A stretch of 64,000 nt of DNA, from assembly GCA_963817895.1 (NCBI GenBank), contig CAWFQB010000006.1, positions 32,001 through 96,000 of the forward strand, in the 5' to 3' direction. Source of the stretch: an uncultured Chthonomonadaceae bacterium (GTDB taxonomy: Bacteria; Armatimonadota; Chthonomonadetes; Chthonomonadales; Chthonomonadaceae). Both the position numbers and the translations under genes were made by a program. Shown here in pieces: positions 60,653 through 64,000 of the stretch (positions are counted from its first letter, which is position 1; each line of letters opens with the position of its first letter). Below the pieces are notes generated by a model, which had not been told where the DNA came from, ran no database searches, and saw only the letters and a list, made by a program, of their open reading frames with translations.

Positions 60653-60713
60653 GTTGTATAAATTTTACAACAGTTTAACTCGAATGTCAAGTCTGTTGTA
60701 GAAAATTAACAAC
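60653..60713 (-). promoter_or_regulatory. sigma70 promoter flanked by two GTTGT-N9-ACAAC operators
   Basis: minus strand TTGACA(60690-60685)-N17-TAAAAT(60667-60662); operators at 60653-60671 and 60695-60713. Confidence 0.78.
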
Positions 60714-60834
60714 ACCAAGCGCCTGCGTTCCGTAACGCTGTTTTGTTCTCGTTCATAAACGTGCGCTGAATGTCACTTTTCGCCATTGAGACGAAAAACA
60801 TGACTTGAAGCCAGGTATACATAGGTTCAAACAA

Positions 60835-60877
60835 AAACAGGATGCTACGACACAAAGTGTGTCGTAGCATCCTGTTT
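60835..60877. terminator. 19-bp perfect hairpin downstream of BolA-like gene
   Basis: AAACAGGATGCTACGACAC-AAAGT-GTGTCGTAGCATCCTGTTT. Confidence 0.75.
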
Positions 60878-60902
60878 CTTGCCTGCAAAGTCGGCAGACG
60901 CT

Positions 60903-61151
60903 TCAAGCGGCTTGCAGTTGGTCGTATTCCGCAGGCGTATATGTGAACAGCATAGAGATGCGCTGCGTGTCTGCTCCCAGAGTAGCGCGTAGAATGTTAA
61001 ATACCCTCTGTTGCCGCTCGACAAAGGACAATCCCTGAAAATTTTCGGAGAGAATACGACCATTATAGCGGTCTGTATCCGCTTCCAGCGTAACGTCACC
61101 CTGCACATCAGGAAAATTGGGGCGCAAGGCGTTCAAGATTTCTTGTTGCAT
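60903..61151 (-). CDS. BolA-like small protein
   Basis: ILSENFQGLSFVERQQRVFNIL...TYTPAEY. Confidence 0.55.
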   Translation of the reverse strand: MQQEILNALRPNFPDVQGDVTLEADTDRYNGRILSENFQGLSFVERQQRVFNILRATLGADTQRISMLFTYTPAEYDQLQAA

Positions 61152-61193
61152 CGGTTTACAATTTGACTCACTTGCTGCCAGTTGGAACGCGCG

Positions 61194-64000
61194 TTAATCC
61201 ACGAAGTTGAATTCGTTGGTCATGAGCAGGGCTTGAATGTAGCGCTCCCAGTTGGACAGGGCGGCGGGAAGCGGGGGCGTGGGGCCGCTGAAGCCCTCCC
61301 GCGCGTTCCACGATTGCAGGGCAGGCGCGTTTGACGCCGCCAGTTTTGGGCCATCGGAGACGACGTGAATGGTCGGCATCCATGTAAAGCCGTCGAAACT
61401 CGGCTCTTTATTACAGTCTACGACAAAGTCCAGCATGTCGCCCTTCTGCACGATCACTTTGGCAACCGGCGTGGACACGCTGCTGTGAAACGCCGTCCAT
61501 GTTCCGACTTCACCGACGCGGCTGGAAACCACGCGCCCGCGCACTCCGTCGCCTTTGTCGGCTGGATGGTTTAAAGCGCCATCAATGGCGACAAAGCCGT
61601 TGACTGGCGATACCCACCGGCGAATGACCGTGTGCTGAATGTCGCCGCCCGGATGCCCGCCCTGCGCGTTCAGACTCAGGAATTGCAGTTTCGGGTCGGG
61701 GAAGGTCGCGCTGCCCTGCCACTGCTGGCCGGCATAATGCGCGAACGGCGCGAAGCCCACAACATGCCCGCTTTGCGCGTCGAAACCGCCCCATCCATAC
61801 TGCCAGGGCGACGCTTCCGCGGCTTCCGGCGCGCCCGCAAGCGGCTGATGCAGGAAGCTGACGCCCAATGCGATCTCATCTGCGGTCGGCATACGTCCGA
61901 ACACGCGGCGATACAGGTTCCGTATTCGCGCCGCCTCTTCTTTGGAAGCCGCAATCTGCGCGTCACCGGCAATCGCCTGCGCCTGCTGCACCACAAACGG
62001 GCTGTTCATCAAATAAAGCGCCTGCTGCGGCACACTGGTATTGATGCGCTGCGCCGCGCTCTGGTCCGGGCTGGCAAAGTCGAACGTGCGGTACAATCCC
62101 TGCAAGTTGTTGCGATTGATGTAGCCGTACAGCGTCCGGCGATTGGTGTACGGCATGGTTGTCAGTTCCACAGCCGGACCACCCAATGTGGTATCCAGTT
62201 TGCCGGACACGAACAGCAGGCTGTCGCGCAGGCTTTCCAGATCGAGCCGCTGCCGGTTCTGCCGCCACAGCAGGCGGTTTTCCGGGTCGGCGGTGAACGC
62301 CTGCTTCGCCACGGCGGGAGTCGCGTCGCTGCTCATCTGGTATGTGCTGGAAAGCAGAATGGCGCGATGCAGCTTTTTCACGGACCAGTTCTGCTCCATG
62401 AAGTTGTGGGATAGCCAATCGAGCAGTTCGGGGTGCGTGGGCTTTTCGCCGCGTATGCCGAAGTCGCTTGGGGTTCGCACGATCCCGTAAGCCCGAAGTG
62501 ATTCAGCCACACGCGATTGACGAAGACGCGCGCCGTCAGGGGATTGTCTATGCTGGTGATATACCGCGCCAGTTCCAGGCGTCCGCTGCCGGTCGGAGGC
62601 AGGGGTTTTTCGCCCGCTATGGAAAGGCACGTCAGGAAGCGGCGCGGAACCACGTCGCCCTGATTGTTGATGTTGCCCCGCACAAAGACGCGCTGCGGAT
62701 CGTTCTTGCCGTTGTCCTTCATCGCCATGCCGAAGTCGGGTTTAGGCGGAATATGCTTGTTCAGGTCGGTCATGGTGGCTTGCAGGGCCGTCACGCGATC
62801 CCTGCGCCGGACTTTCAAACAGGGGCGCAAGGGTGGCGTACTGTGGCGGCGTTGGCAGTTGATCCTCCCGCAGCGACTGCAGCGTGGCCTTTGCTTTGGC
62901 GGGAATGCTGTCGGGCGACTTCACCACCATTCCGCGCAAACGTCGTATCTGTTCGCGCGTCAGTTTATCGGTTTCCCCCTGCGCGGCATTGAGTTTTTGC
63001 TGATACTCCTCGTAGGGGCGCGACTGCTCGGCGGGCGAAACCGCAACCGTGTTTTCCGCCGTCCGGTCGAATACGCTGTACATCGCGTAGTAGTCTTTGT
63101 TGGAAATTGGATCGAATTTATGGTCGTGGCAGCGGGCGCAGGCAACCGTCAGGCCCATCAGGCCCCGGCTGGTCACGTCTATGCGGTCGTCGTTAATCAA
63201 CTGGTTGTCGTTGAGGAATCGGCGCCCAATCGTGATGAAGCCCATTGCGGCCTGCGCGGGCCGGTTTTCGGGGCAGGCAAGGTCAGCGGCCAGTTGCTGC
63301 GTCACAAACTGGTCGTAGGGCAGGTCGCTGTTGAACGCCCGCATCACGTAGTCGCGATACGTATAGGCGTTGTGGAAATCGGGGTCTTCCGTGAACACGT
63401 AGCCTTTGGTGTCGGCGTAGCGGGCCACGTCCAGCCAGTGCCGCGCCCATCGCTCGCCATAGCGCGGGCTGGCAAGCAGCCGATCCACCACTCTGACGAA
63501 GGCATCCGGGGACTTGTCAGCGGCGAAGGCGTCTATCTCTTCGGGCGTGGGCGGCAGGCCGGTCAGGTCGAAAGTGGCGCGGCGAATCAGCGTCCGGCGG
63601 TCGGCGGGCGGCGCGGGCTTCAAGCCTTTGGCTTCCAGTCTGGCAAGAATGAAACGGTCAATCGGAGATTTGCACCACGCCATATTCTTCACGGAGGGCA
63701 GGGCCGGGTTCTTGACGGGCTGAAACGACCAGAAACTCTTTTGCGCGTCGGATAAAACGTACTCGCCCTTCTGCGCCGCGCGCGCCGCGTCCGAAACTTT
63801 CGCGTTGGGCCAGGGAGCGCCCATTTTGACCCATTCCGTCAGCGTAGCGATCTCGTCATCCTTCAGTTTGCCGCTCGGCGGCATTTTCAGCGCGCCGGTA
63901 TAATGTATGGCAGTCAGCAAGCGGCTTTTTTCCACATTGCCGGGAACCAGAACGGGACCGCCGCCGCCACCCTTGAGCATGGCATCCAGCGAGTCAAGCC
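61194..64000 (-). CDS. planctomycete-type cytochrome c / DUF1549 / DUF1553 protein (5'-truncated; frameshifts near 62800 and 62490)
   Basis: MPP...WVKMGAPW; YGERWARHWLDVARYAD; CARCHDHKFDPI; NPLTARVFVNRVW; PTHPELLDWL; QQALYLMNSPFV. Confidence 0.9.

Noticed and set aside
1..64000. CRISPR array, tRNA or rRNA genes
   Set aside because: No regularly spaced 25-40-bp repeats with unique spacers and no recognisable tRNA/rRNA sequence seen by eye.

Overview
A 64-kb, fairly GC-rich bacterial window. The gene style (expanded BTAD/NB-ARC/TPR regulators, STN-domain secreted proteins, a PSCyt/DUF1549/DUF1553 protein, heptamer intergenic repeats) suggests an Armatimonadota-like genome, but that is inference only. 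Many genes are split by single-base indels, most likely long-read assembly errors. Contents in order: the 3' part of an RND permease; two orphan ParD-like genes and a His-less kinase; a PIN/HTH TA pair; a lipoprotein cytochrome c with a contracted CNCH motif; an ECF sigma with a very large anti-sigma; an ISAzo13 remnant; a ~26-kb redox/stress island (three STAND regulators, hydrolases, SDRs, Dps, MOSC, flavin disulfide reductases); STN proteins; a eukaryote-type WGR-PARP; a CgeB-like glycosyltransferase operon; a GGDEF-EAL gene; NagZ and a Gfo/Idh/MocA gene; a ParE TA + XisH/XisI cassette; an XRE / ImmA(IrrE) / HEPN module; and a planctomycete-type cytochrome domain gene. The strongest leads are five: (1) an unannotated 56-aa membrane selenoprotein candidate with an in-frame UGA followed by a SECIS-like hairpin; (2) an XRE-ImmA-HEPN module with twin operators and an embedded small-RNA transcription unit; (3) a three-copy SARP-type promoter motif that defines a local regulon; (4) the bacterial PARP; (5) the CXCH cytochrome. 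No rRNA, tRNA or CRISPR array was recognised.
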